Shown here one piece after another: positions 1-8,790 of a stretch of DNA of 64,000 nt (its first letter is position 1; every line of letters starts with the position of its first letter). This stretch comes from Candidatus Latescibacterota bacterium (GTDB lineage Bacteria > Latescibacterota > UBA2968): assembly GCA_965204745.1 (NCBI GenBank), contig OZ242010.1, positions 3,520,001 to 3,584,000 on the forward strand, read 5' to 3'. Under the pieces are notes generated by a model, which saw only the letters and a list, made by a program, of their open reading frames with translations, was not told the DNA's origin and did no database searches. Both the position numbers and the translations under genes were made by a program.

Positions 1-1228
1 TTCGACGATCACCATCGCGGCAGGGCAAACCGCGAACGCGTCGGATACGGTGGTCATCACAGCGGTGGACAACACCCGAGACGAACTTAATCGCGACGTG
101 ACCGTGTCCGTTGTATCAGCCAACGCCCAGGGCAGTGTGGTCCTCCCGACTGCAATAACGATCACCGATGATGACCCGCCGCCGAGGCTCTCGATTAGTT
201 CGCCGAGTGCGGTTGAGGGCACTGCCCTGACGTTCACCGTTAGATTGAATGCAGAAAGCGGCAAGGAGGTGACGGTGGCGTATGCAGACGCGGGCACGGG
301 CAGCGCGACTTCGGGGACCGATTACACCGCGCTTACCGCAGGAACCCTGACCTTCGCGGCGGGCACGACCAGCCAGACCATCGCTGTTTCTGTGAGCGAC
401 GACGGGGATGATGAGCCGAACGAGACCGTGATCGTGACGCTGAGCAGTGCGACCAATGCGACCATAAGCACGGCGCAAGGCACAGGAACGATTATCGATG
501 ACGATGGCATGCCTGCGCTGAGTATCGGTTCGCCAAGCGTGATTGAAGGCGTGACCAGCGCGACCCTGACCTTTCAGGTGTACCTACGCCCGGCGCACAC
601 GGCACAGGTGACAGTGGCGTATGCAGACGCGGGCACGGGCACCGCGACTTCGGGGACCGATTACACCGCGCTCACCGCAGGGACCCTGACCTTCGCGGCG
701 AGCGATACCATCCAGACCATCCCTGTTTCTGTGACCGACGACTCGGATGATGAGCCGAACGAGACCGTGATCGTGACGCTGAGCAATGCGACCAATGCGA
801 CCATAAGCACGGCGCAAGGCACAGGGACGATTATCGATGACGAAACACCGAGTGCCAACTTGGATGTGGATGGCGATGGCCGGGTGAGATTGTTCTCGGA
901 TATAATCCTGGTCATTCGATACGTCCTCTTCTTCCGGAACGAGGCCCTCCTCAGAGGGAACGTCATCGAGCCAACTGCCACGCGCACGACCGCTCAAGAA
1001 ATTGAACCCTACCTCGACACGTTGGTCGATCAGAACATTCTCGATGTGGATGGCGATGGCGATGTGAGGCTGTTCTCGGATATAATCCTGATCATTCGAT
1101 ATGTCCTCTTCTTCCGGAACGAGGCCCTCGTCAGAGGGAACGTCATCGAGCCAACTGCCACACGCACGACCGCTCAAGAAATTGAACCCTACATCCGAAG
1201 CCTCTATCCCGACTCCCACTTCCAATGA
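1..1228 (+). CDS. 3' end of a giant surface protein (Calx-beta domains plus two C-terminal dockerin-like repeats); 5' part lies outside the window
   Basis: Open frame from the window edge to TGA at 1228. Calx-beta motifs (VAYADAGTGTATSGTDY, GTLTFAAG, DDEPNETVIVTLS) and two LDVDGDG..SDIIL.IRY..ATRTTAQEIEPY repeats. Near-identical to 46283-47510 (offset 46282). Confidence 0.9.
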   Translation, partial: STITIAAGQTANASDTVVITAVDNTRDELNRDVTVSVVSANAQGSVVLPTAITITDDDPPPRLSISSPSAVEGTALTFTVRLNAESGKEVTVAYADAGTGSATSGTDYTALTAGTLTFAAGTTSQTIAVSVSDDGDDEPNETVIVTLSSATNATISTAQGTGTIIDDDGMPALSIGSPSVIEGVTSATLTFQVYLRPAHTAQVTVAYADAGTGTATSGTDYTALTAGTLTFAASDTIQTIPVSVTDDSDDEPNETVIVTLSNATNATISTAQGTGTIIDDETPSANLDVDGDGRVRLFSDIILVIRYVLFFRNEALLRGNVIEPTATRTTAQEIEPYLDTLVDQNILDVDGDGDVRLFSDIILIIRYVLFFRNEALVRGNVIEPTATRTTAQEIEPYIRSLYPDSHFQ

Positions 1229-1419
1229 AAGCCTGTTCCCTGACCGCCACAGATGAAGATGGCGATGGCAATGTGAATTTCGCCGACTTCTTGACCTTTG
1301 CGGATAAGTTCGGATCGCGGCTCGGACAGGAGCGATATGACGCCCGGTGCGATGGCGATGGTCAAATTGACTCTGCCGATTGCTTCATCTCCGCCGCCGA
1401 CTTTGGCTCGACAGGCTGA
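1225..1419 (+). pseudogene. Dockerin/EF-hand-like C-terminal module remnant
   Basis: DGDGNVNFADFLTFADKFGS..RYDARCDGDGQIDSADCFISAADFG resembles a degenerate two-motif dockerin-like tail. Starts in an ATGA overlap with the upstream stop. Confidence 0.5.
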
Positions 1420-1455
1420 ACGACGAAGGGGTGCGAAAGGGCACGCATACGATGC

Positions 1456-1502
1456 AAAAAAAGTAAAGCCCGGGTTCCCAGTGAACTCGGGCTTTACTTT
1501 TT
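1456..1502. terminator. Intrinsic terminator, bidirectional form
   Basis: AAAAAGTAAAGCCCGGGTTC-ccagt-GAACTCGGGCTTTACTTTTT inverted repeat with A/T tails. Confidence 0.8.
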
Positions 1503-1507
1503 GGAAT

Positions 1508-2179
1508 TGGGACCTACCCCCTAGCCCCGTTACTCGCTACGCTTCGTTGTAGGCTACGCCTGTGCCTGCGAGGAAGAGGGAACTGTGAGCGGTTTTGCGA
1601 GGGGATTGGGACCTACCCCCTGGCCCCCTTCCTAAGAGGAAGGGGGAATGGCGAGCGGTTTTGCGAGAGATTTACGCGAGCGGTTTTTGGGGTTCATGGC
1701 GTGATCCATTCGCCCAAAGCCATCAGAACAGCCAGGGATGAAAACCTTTCAGAAAGCCATGCGCTCCCCCTTTCCTTGTAGGAAAGGGGGCCGGGGGGAT
1801 AGGTCGCTTTTTCATGGCGTGATCCATTCGCGCAAAGCCATCAAAACAGCTAGGGATCCAAACCATCAAGAAAGCCATGCGCTCCCCCTTTCCTTGTAGG
1901 CACAGGCGTAGCCTACAATGAGCGAAGCGAATAACGGGGGCCGGGGGGATAGGTCTATGGCGGTAGGGCGGTGGGCCGGTCTCGCCTCTTACCTCTTGCC
2001 TCTTACTTGGGGATAGGGCTTGCGGTAGGGCGGTGGGGGTAATCCGCGCAATCCCCTAATCCGTTTAATCCGCGATTCAGACACGACAGGGCGGGGCGGG
2101 GTTGCGAACTGATCGCTGGTTTATTATATACTTAGGACAGGCACGCACGGGCGGCGAGGCGGCGAGGTGAGGCACACAT
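1508..2179. repeat. Composite intergenic repeat built from GGGACCTACCCCC..CCCCTTCCT-N-AGGAAGGGGG hairpin units
   Basis: Same units occur at 11374-11563, 20179-20412, 26762-26953 and, inverted, at 29686-30156. Confidence 0.85.
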
Positions 2180-2194
2180 AAGGAGGAACACGCG

Positions 2195-3052
2195 ATGTTC
2201 AAAAGTTTGACCGCAGGCGCGCTCGGAGTGCGCGGGAGTGTCGAGGAATTGATCGGCTATGCCAAACGCGCTGGTTTTCAGGGAGTCGATGTCAATATCC
2301 AAGAGATCGCTTCTCTCGTCGATACGCAGGGCGCGGCGCATGTGAAAAATCTGTTTGCCGACGCCGGTTTGCGGATTGGCGCGTGGGGCTTGCCCATCGC
2401 TTGGCGCGGCGATGACGCCGAATACGACGCGGACTTGGCGCGGTTGCCCGATCTCGCCGCTACCGGGGCCGCTGTGGGCGCGACTCGGGTTGCCCAGTGG
2501 CTGCCTTCTGCGTCTGATGACCGCAAATTTGGCGACAATTTTAGGTGGCATATCCAACGCTTGAAACCGATTGCCGAAATTTTGGACGCGCACGGCTGTC
2601 GCTTGGGCCTGGAATTTATCGGGCCGCGTACCCTGCGGGTGGATAAGCCCTACGGATTTATCCATTCGATAGATGGCATGCTCGGCCTCGCCCATGCCAT
2701 TGGCACGGGCAATGTGGGCTTGTTGCTCGATTGCTGGCACTGGTACACGGGCTTGGGCACGATATCCGACCTGCTGGCACTGACCGCCGAGGATGTGGTC
2801 CACGTCCACATCAATGACGCGCCCGCGGGCGTGGATGTGGCGGATCAGATCGACAACCGCCGCGCATTGCCGGGCCAAACCGGCATCATCGATCTGGTCG
2901 GATTTTTGAAAGCATTGCAAAAAATCAGCTATGATGGCCCGGTATCGCCCGAGCCATTTAGCCAATCCGTGCGGGAAATGGCCGCGCAAGACGCGGTGCA
3001 AACCACCCACGACGCGCTGGATTCGGCGTGGAAAGCCGCCGATTTACCGTGA
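2195..3052 (+). CDS. Sugar phosphate isomerase/epimerase (xylose isomerase-like TIM barrel)
   Basis: AGGAGG RBS; metal-ligand motifs LGLEF, LLLDCWH, HVHIND, SPEPF. Confidence 0.85.
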   Translation: MFKSLTAGALGVRGSVEELIGYAKRAGFQGVDVNIQEIASLVDTQGAAHVKNLFADAGLRIGAWGLPIAWRGDDAEYDADLARLPDLAATGAAVGATRVAQWLPSASDDRKFGDNFRWHIQRLKPIAEILDAHGCRLGLEFIGPRTLRVDKPYGFIHSIDGMLGLAHAIGTGNVGLLLDCWHWYTGLGTISDLLALTAEDVVHVHINDAPAGVDVADQIDNRRALPGQTGIIDLVGFLKALQKISYDGPVSPEPFSQSVREMAAQDAVQTTHDALDSAWKAADLP

Positions 3053-3062
3053 GGGTCGGCTC

Positions 3063-4142
3063 GTGTCCCAATCCGCGATTTGGCGATCTGCTTGTCTGCT
3101 GCTCGTTCTCGGCATCGTCGTTCTAGGCATACGCTTTGAAGTCGGGTATCTCTATCAACTGGGCAAAGGGCAGATCGCGCTTCTGTGGAAAGCAAAACCC
3201 ATTGACGCGGTGCTCCAGGCGGGTACCCTGTCGCCCGATCAACGCGCGAAATTGGAACTCATCCAGGCGATCCGCGAATTTGCCCAGCGCGAAATCGGTC
3301 TGAATCCCTCGCAAAATTACACCGCGTACGTGGATATCGGACGCGGCCCCGTGTCGTGGAACCTCATTGTTTGTCCCAAAGATCGCCTCGCCCCGCTCGA
3401 ATGGTGGTATCCGATTGTGGGCAGCGTGCCCTACCGCGGGTATTTTGACCGCGCAACAGCCGAAAGCGTGCGCGACGAGTACCTCGCCGAGGGCTACGAC
3501 ACGTACTTGCGGCCCGTGGGCGCGTATAGCACGCTGGGGTGGTTTTCCGATCCGGTTATCAGTCCGATGTTGCGCTATTCCGAAGGCGATTTGGCGGATC
3601 TCATCATTCACGAGTTGACGCACGCGACCGTGTGGGTCAAAGGCGATGTGGCGTTCAACGAGGGCCTGGCGAGTTTTGTCGGCGAGGCCGGCGCCCTGAT
3701 GTGGTTGCAACGCGGCGGCGATGCCCAAGCCGTGCAACAAATGTTGGACGAGCGTGCAGACCGCGTCGTTTTCCGCAACTTCATGCAGGCCATTGCCGCC
3801 CGCCTGACAGCGCTGTATCGATCCAACGCGCCCGACAAATCCACCCTGCGCCAACGGATTTTTGACGACGCCCGCACAGAATTTCACGCCCTTCCCTTAA
3901 AAACCGACCTCTACGCTCGTTTCCCCTCGTGGGAACTCAACAATGCGCGTATGGCTCTGTACCGCGTCTATCGGGAACGCACCGCCGTATTCGCCCGCGT
4001 TCATCGCGCCTGCCAAAGCGATTTGAAAGCAACCGTCAAAATTTTGCGCGAATGTGCAGCGGCCGAGGATCCGACCGCGTGGTTGGAGGAGTGGCTACAA
4101 GCAAGAGGTAAGATCCACCCACCGCCCTGCCGTGTGCGTTAG
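3063..4142 (+). CDS. Putative zinc aminopeptidase (DUF2265-like), membrane-anchored
   Basis: GTG start just after the upstream stop; N-terminal TM helix; VPYRGYF, AYSTLGWFSDP, HELTH..FNEGLASFV motifs. Confidence 0.8.
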   Translation: MSQSAIWRSACLLLVLGIVVLGIRFEVGYLYQLGKGQIALLWKAKPIDAVLQAGTLSPDQRAKLELIQAIREFAQREIGLNPSQNYTAYVDIGRGPVSWNLIVCPKDRLAPLEWWYPIVGSVPYRGYFDRATAESVRDEYLAEGYDTYLRPVGAYSTLGWFSDPVISPMLRYSEGDLADLIIHELTHATVWVKGDVAFNEGLASFVGEAGALMWLQRGGDAQAVQQMLDERADRVVFRNFMQAIAARLTALYRSNAPDKSTLRQRIFDDARTEFHALPLKTDLYARFPSWELNNARMALYRVYRERTAVFARVHRACQSDLKATVKILRECAAAEDPTAWLEEWLQARGKIHPPPCRVR

Positions 4143-4342
4143 CCCCGTCTTATATCCTGCGGTTGGAGATTGCGCGGTTACTCCCCACACCCCTACCGCC
4201 GCTTCATCGTTCCCCCGTTATGTCCTTCGCACACCCCGCCACCATCACCCGGAGGGACAGGCCCCCGTGTCTGTCCTTGACCCCAACCGAAAGCAGTGGT
4301 CAGCGGCTTTGGGAACATCGGCCGCCATCGTTCTATGTACGC

Positions 4343-4393
4343 ACAAGCCCTCGCAACAGGCTCCTACCTTCAGGGGCCGCTACGAGGGCTTGT
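4343..4393. terminator. Long hairpin between convergent genes
   Basis: ACAAGCCCTCG...CGAGGGCTTGT stem between the aminopeptidase and rlpA. Confidence 0.45.
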
Positions 4394-4515
4394 ATCGTTT
4401 CTTCGGACAAAAAGTAAGTAATTCCAAGTCCACCCGTACTGCTGGCTTAGGTCGATAATGACAACCACTTGTCGGCGCCCTTCGCGGTATTATCGCCGCC
4501 GCGTAGATTCGTGGT

Positions 4516-4950
4516 TTACTCCACGGCCTTGACGATTTCGATTTTGACTTGGGCGACGCCCTCGTCGACCATGTCCAACTTTTTCGCCGCGCCCAACGAC
4601 AGGTCGAGGATGCGCCCGCCGACGAATGGCCCGCGGTCATTGACCTTTACGACAACGGATTTGCCATTGCCCAAGTGCGTGACCTTGATGATCGTGCCCA
4701 AGGGCAACTCGCGGTGCGCCGCGGACAAGCCGTTCATGTCAAAAATCTCGCCGCTGGCTGTCGGGCGTCCGTGATACTTATTCGCGTAAAACGAGGAGAA
4801 CCCGATCTGTTCGGCTGGCACGGGCTTGGATGCTTTGGATTGGGGTGCGGCTGTGTTTGCGATGGGTTTGGTGCGGTAGCGCGGATGCGACTTGCAACCC
4901 CATGGGCAGACGCACAGGGCGAGGCAGACGAAAAAGAAAATTTTAGGCAG
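4516..4950 (-). CDS. rlpA: Septal ring lytic transglycosylase RlpA family lipoprotein
   Basis: DPBB motifs GRPTASGEIFDMNGLSAAHRELPLGT and VNDRGPFVGGRILDLS; lipobox-like PWGC. Start uncertain; CTG at 4950 proposed. Confidence 0.85.
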   Translation of the reverse strand: MPKIFFFVCLALCVCPWGCKSHPRYRTKPIANTAAPQSKASKPVPAEQIGFSSFYANKYHGRPTASGEIFDMNGLSAAHRELPLGTIIKVTHLGNGKSVVVKVNDRGPFVGGRILDLSLGAAKKLDMVDEGVAQVKIEIVKAVE

Positions 4951-5884
4951 GGGCTTGCATGTTGCCGATGAGGTCCGCGATGCGGTCGATTTGATGCGTC
5001 TTGCAGTAACTGGCAATGCCATTGAGAACCTCCAAAGCTGCGAAAGGATGGACAAACGTGGCGGTGCCCACCTGAATGGCGGACGCGCCCGCGATGAGAA
5101 ATTCGATGGCGTCTCGCGCCGTGGCGATGCCGCCCATGCCGATGACCGGAACAGAGACCCGGGCGGCGACCTTCCAGACCATCGCCAGGGCGACGGGTTT
5201 GATCGCAGGGCCGGACAACCCGCCCGTGATATTCCCCAAAATCGGGCGGCGCGCGTCGATGTCAATCGCCATGCCCAGCAGGGTGTTGATGAGGGCGATG
5301 CCGTCGGCGCCGCCTTCTTCCACCGCAGCGGCGATGCCGGCGATGTCTGTGACATTGGGGGTGAGTTTGACGATGATGGGCAAGTGCGAGACCGCTTTGA
5401 CCGCGCCTGTGACATTGTGGGCCGCGCGCTCGGAGCAACCAAAGAGCATGCCGCCATCTTTCATGTTGGGCGATGAGATATTGAGTTCGAGACCATCCAC
5501 GCCTTCGATGTCGTTGAAGCGGGCGGCCATGTCTGCAAATTCCCGATCCGATGTGCCCGCGATGCTGACGATGCGTGCGGTGTTGAGCGCGGCCAAGGGG
5601 GGAATTTTTTCCGCGATAAATGCGTCGATGCCCGGGTTGGTCAGGCCAATGGCGTTGAGCATGCCCGCGGGCGTTTCAGCCGTACGCGGCGGCGGATTCC
5701 CCGCTCGGGGATAACGGGTGATGGTCTTGGTCACAACGCCACCGATTTTGCCCACATCAAAGAGATCCGCGTATTCCGCACCGTGCCCAAAAGTCCCCGA
5801 CGCCATCATGACGGGATTCCTAAGCATAAGCCCTTCGGCGATTTTTGTCGAGAGATCGGGGTGTTCGATATTGTCAGTCGTCAT
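4943..5884 (-). CDS. pyrD: Dihydroorotate dehydrogenase B, catalytic subunit
   Basis: ASGTFG, GNPPPR, LNAIGL, ELNISSPN, KLTPNVTDI, GGLSGPAIKP motifs; start MTTDN at 5884. Confidence 0.95.
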   Translation of the reverse strand: MTTDNIEHPDLSTKIAEGLMLRNPVMMASGTFGHGAEYADLFDVGKIGGVVTKTITRYPRAGNPPPRTAETPAGMLNAIGLTNPGIDAFIAEKIPPLAALNTARIVSIAGTSDREFADMAARFNDIEGVDGLELNISSPNMKDGGMLFGCSERAAHNVTGAVKAVSHLPIIVKLTPNVTDIAGIAAAVEEGGADGIALINTLLGMAIDIDARRPILGNITGGLSGPAIKPVALAMVWKVAARVSVPVIGMGGIATARDAIEFLIAGASAIQVGTATFVHPFAALEVLNGIASYCKTHQIDRIADLIGNMQAPA

Positions 5885-5913
5885 ATCAACCTGTTTCCCG
5901 CAAAGCCTCCAAC

Positions 5914-6350
5914 ATACCAATTTGATTTTAAGTTGTCCGTATCCTGCCTCCCATCCGAGATGAATGAGAAACAGACATTCCGTAGAGATTATGCGTTGCT
6001 TGTCTAAAACGTTTGGCCCTAAAGCATCGTTTGTTGCCTTCGATGCCTTCGGCGACTTCTTTTTTGCTTGCCCAAAAAAGAAGCAAAAAAGGGCACTCTC
6101 ATGCGCCGAGAGGCTTGCACAGCGCAAATCGCTTTTGTAACAGAACGATAGGCGTCAGCCTGCAAAGTGGGTTGCAAGATGGACGTTGGTTGCGAGACGG
6201 ACTTGCGCGCTGTGCGTGATGGCTTTAGCTGATGGTCTTTTGCGATGGCATTTTTGCAAGGGCTTCTCTGAATGACTGCGGAATGTCAAGGGGATCGCTT
6301 GCGCTCAGCATATCGCATCATATTAGGCCAACAGAAAATCAATTTGGTAT
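5914..6350. mobile_element. MITE-like element with ATACCAA-type terminal inverted repeats
   Basis: Left end ATACCAATTTGATTTTAAGTTG, right end CAACAGAAAATCAATTTGGTAT; body similar to 8460-8790; no transposase. Confidence 0.7.
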
Positions 6351-7456
6351 TCGGGTCGCCCTCCAAGCACGTTCTTTTCCCACAACTCGGAAAGCGAATA
6401 GTCTTCGAGCCATTCTCCGAGAGCCTCGGCGTCCAGCTGTCTGAAGGCAGAACTGCGACCTTTGCGTTCGACAATGACGATATCCTCTGGCTCAAAGCAA
6501 TCCACGAGTGGCATGGATTGCGTGGCGACGATGACCTGTATTTTGGTCGCTACGGCGCGGATCAGCCCTCCGACAATGTTGATCGCGTAGGGGTGCAACC
6601 CGAGTTCTGGTTCATCGAGAATCAAAACATCCGGCAAATCTTGCTCGGGTTGGAGGAGCAGGGTGACAAGGGCGATGACCCGCAACATGCCATCCGACGC
6701 CTGCGACACGCCGAACACCTGATCGCTGTTTCGCTCGCGCCAGTTCAAAAGAAGGCTACCGTACTGCGGATCCAGTTCAAAGTCCGAAAAGAAAGGCAGG
6801 ATTAGGCGGATGGTATCTACAATTCGCTGGTAGCACCTGCCGTCGCTTTCTCTCAAGCGGAACAAAACGGGCGCGATATTGGCCGCATCTTCCTTCAGCC
6901 AGCGGTTGTCGTCTATATGCCACTTGCCGCGGATACGGGCGGTGTCCGACGTGTTGTGGAATTGATATACGACGATTTTTTGCAGGATGTTCCTAATGAC
7001 GCGGGCGGTCGTATCCTCGGCGGCCCTTGCGAGGAGTTGCGGCGCACGGTGGCCGGCACCCGTTTCCGTCCACGGCGCAACAGTACCGTAGCGTTTGTCC
7101 GAGAACCGGTACCGTTCGTCAGCAAAAATCAACGAGTCTCTAGCTGCAAAAAACAGCCGAAATGCGTATTGATTTTCACCGGACTCGGTTCGCAACGTCA
7201 GTTCGGCTTCGATCTCGCGGGTCTTGGCCGGACCATCGTGCAAAAGCGTGCTAGCCCCGCCTTGTTGACCCACGTAAAGCGGAAAATGGTCTGGGTCTGA
7301 CAACGCCCAACTCAACATGCGAAAAAAGGAGATGAAGTTGGACTTGCCTGCGCCGTTGGGGCCAATGAGTGCCGTTAAAGGACGAGGCTTGAAATTCTCC
7401 AACGCTTGAATGGTTTTGAACCCCTTGAGGGTTATTGCTTCAAGTTTGTTTCGCAT
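6323..7456 (-). CDS. AAA_21/SMC-like ABC-type ATPase
   Basis: Walker A GPNGAGKS, SDG signature, Walker B LILDEPE, ATQS; C-terminal LSELWEKNVLGGRP. Confidence 0.85.
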   Translation of the reverse strand: MRNKLEAITLKGFKTIQALENFKPRPLTALIGPNGAGKSNFISFFRMLSWALSDPDHFPLYVGQQGGASTLLHDGPAKTREIEAELTLRTESGENQYAFRLFFAARDSLIFADERYRFSDKRYGTVAPWTETGAGHRAPQLLARAAEDTTARVIRNILQKIVVYQFHNTSDTARIRGKWHIDDNRWLKEDAANIAPVLFRLRESDGRCYQRIVDTIRLILPFFSDFELDPQYGSLLLNWRERNSDQVFGVSQASDGMLRVIALVTLLLQPEQDLPDVLILDEPELGLHPYAINIVGGLIRAVATKIQVIVATQSMPLVDCFEPEDIVIVERKGRSSAFRQLDAEALGEWLEDYSLSELWEKNVLGGRPEYQIDFLLA

Positions 7457-7468
7457 AGCGTAACTCCA

Positions 7469-8269
7469 TTACCAAACGATTTCATGGGCGTTGAGGACCG
7501 GGCCTTCGAGGCAGACGCAGCGGTAGCGGCGGTCTTCGGACGGGTATGTTTTGTATTCGACCGCGCAACCGACGCACGCGCCAAAGCCGCAGGCCATGTG
7601 GTTTTCGAGGGAGGCAAAGCACGGCGTGTTGAACTCGGCGGCAATCTCCGAGACGCGGGCCATCATGCGGTGGGGACCGCAGGTGAGAATGCTCGTGTGA
7701 TTTGGGATGACGTGTTCGGCAACATGCTCTGTCACCAAACCGCGCTGCCCCGCGCTGCCGTCGTCCGTCGCGATGTGCAGGGGCAGATCAGGGGGCAACA
7801 GCGCGGACATATCGGGTAGCCGGTCGGCATTTGCCGCGCCCATCAAGTAGATCATATCGGACGAGCGGTCGGGATGTTCCCACGCCAAAAACGCGAGCGG
7901 AACCAACCCCACGCCACCTGCGACCAAAAGAACGCGCTTGGAATTGGGGAGATCAAAAGCATTGCCCAACGGGCCGATCACATCGTAGAAATCGCCACAC
8001 CGCGCAGCGGATAATCGCGCAGTGCCGGGGCCGATCACGTCGTAGATCAGGTCGAGCCAACCCGCAGAGCGATCCACGCGCAACACGGAAAAAGGACGGC
8101 GGAGAAAGGGAGACAGCCCCGGATCGGTCAGGATTTGCAGGAATTGCGCGGGGGCGCAGGCAGTTGCGAGCCGAGGAGCAGACAGGCGCATCAGATAAAT
8201 GCCCTGCGCGATGGGTTCATTTTGCTGAACAACGGCAACTTCGCGGATGAAATTTGGGATTGCGGGCAT
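7469..8269 (-). CDS. pyrK: Dihydroorotate dehydrogenase electron transfer subunit
   Basis: LRRPFS, GPLGN, AGGVG, CGP and MACGFGACVGC..C [2Fe-2S] motif; start MPAIP at 8269. Confidence 0.92.
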   Translation of the reverse strand: MPAIPNFIREVAVVQQNEPIAQGIYLMRLSAPRLATACAPAQFLQILTDPGLSPFLRRPFSVLRVDRSAGWLDLIYDVIGPGTARLSAARCGDFYDVIGPLGNAFDLPNSKRVLLVAGGVGLVPLAFLAWEHPDRSSDMIYLMGAANADRLPDMSALLPPDLPLHIATDDGSAGQRGLVTEHVAEHVIPNHTSILTCGPHRMMARVSEIAAEFNTPCFASLENHMACGFGACVGCAVEYKTYPSEDRRYRCVCLEGPVLNAHEIVW

Positions 8270-8273
8270 CGTG

Positions 8274-8790
8274 ATACCAATGGGAATTGCGAATTGGGAA
8301 TGCTCCACCACCCAATGCGTATCGGAGGGTATTTTGCGATGGCACTTGTTGCATTTGAATGAATAAGTAACGTCAAGTGGGATCTCTTACTAGGTCGTGT
8401 TGACATTTCATTTTTTTTTACGCACACAGTAGCAAATGTGTTGCTTGCTCATTTAAGGCGTTTGGTCCTACAACTTCGTTGGTTGCCTCCGATGCCTTCG
8501 GCGACTTACTTTTTTTCAACAGCAAAAAAAAGTAAGCAAAAAATGCCGCTCTCAAACGCCGAGAGGCTTGCACAGCGCAAATCGCTTTTGTAACAGAACG
8601 ATATGCGCCAGCCTGCAAGGTGGGTTGCAAAATGGACATTGGTTGCGAAACGGCCTTGCGCGCTGTGCGTGATGGCTTGATCGGATGGGGTTTTGCGATG
8701 GCACTTGTTGCAATGGTTTCCTGAATGACTGCGGAACGTCAAGGGGGGATCTCTTGCTGGTAGCATATCAACGGAAAATCAATTTGGTTA
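8274..8790. mobile_element. Second ATACCAA-type MITE with a nested GGTCGTGTTGACA-type end
   Basis: Left end ATACCAAT, right end CAACGGAAAATCAATTTGGTTA; about 330 bp similar to 6010-6350; TAGGTCGTGTTGACATTTC at 8391. Confidence 0.6.

Noticed and set aside
5885-6127. N-terminal extensions in the ORF track (pyrD, pyrK, rlpA, aminopeptidase, AAA copy 1)
   Set aside because: They run through MITE DNA, intergenic DNA or neighbouring genes; downstream starts match family N-termini.
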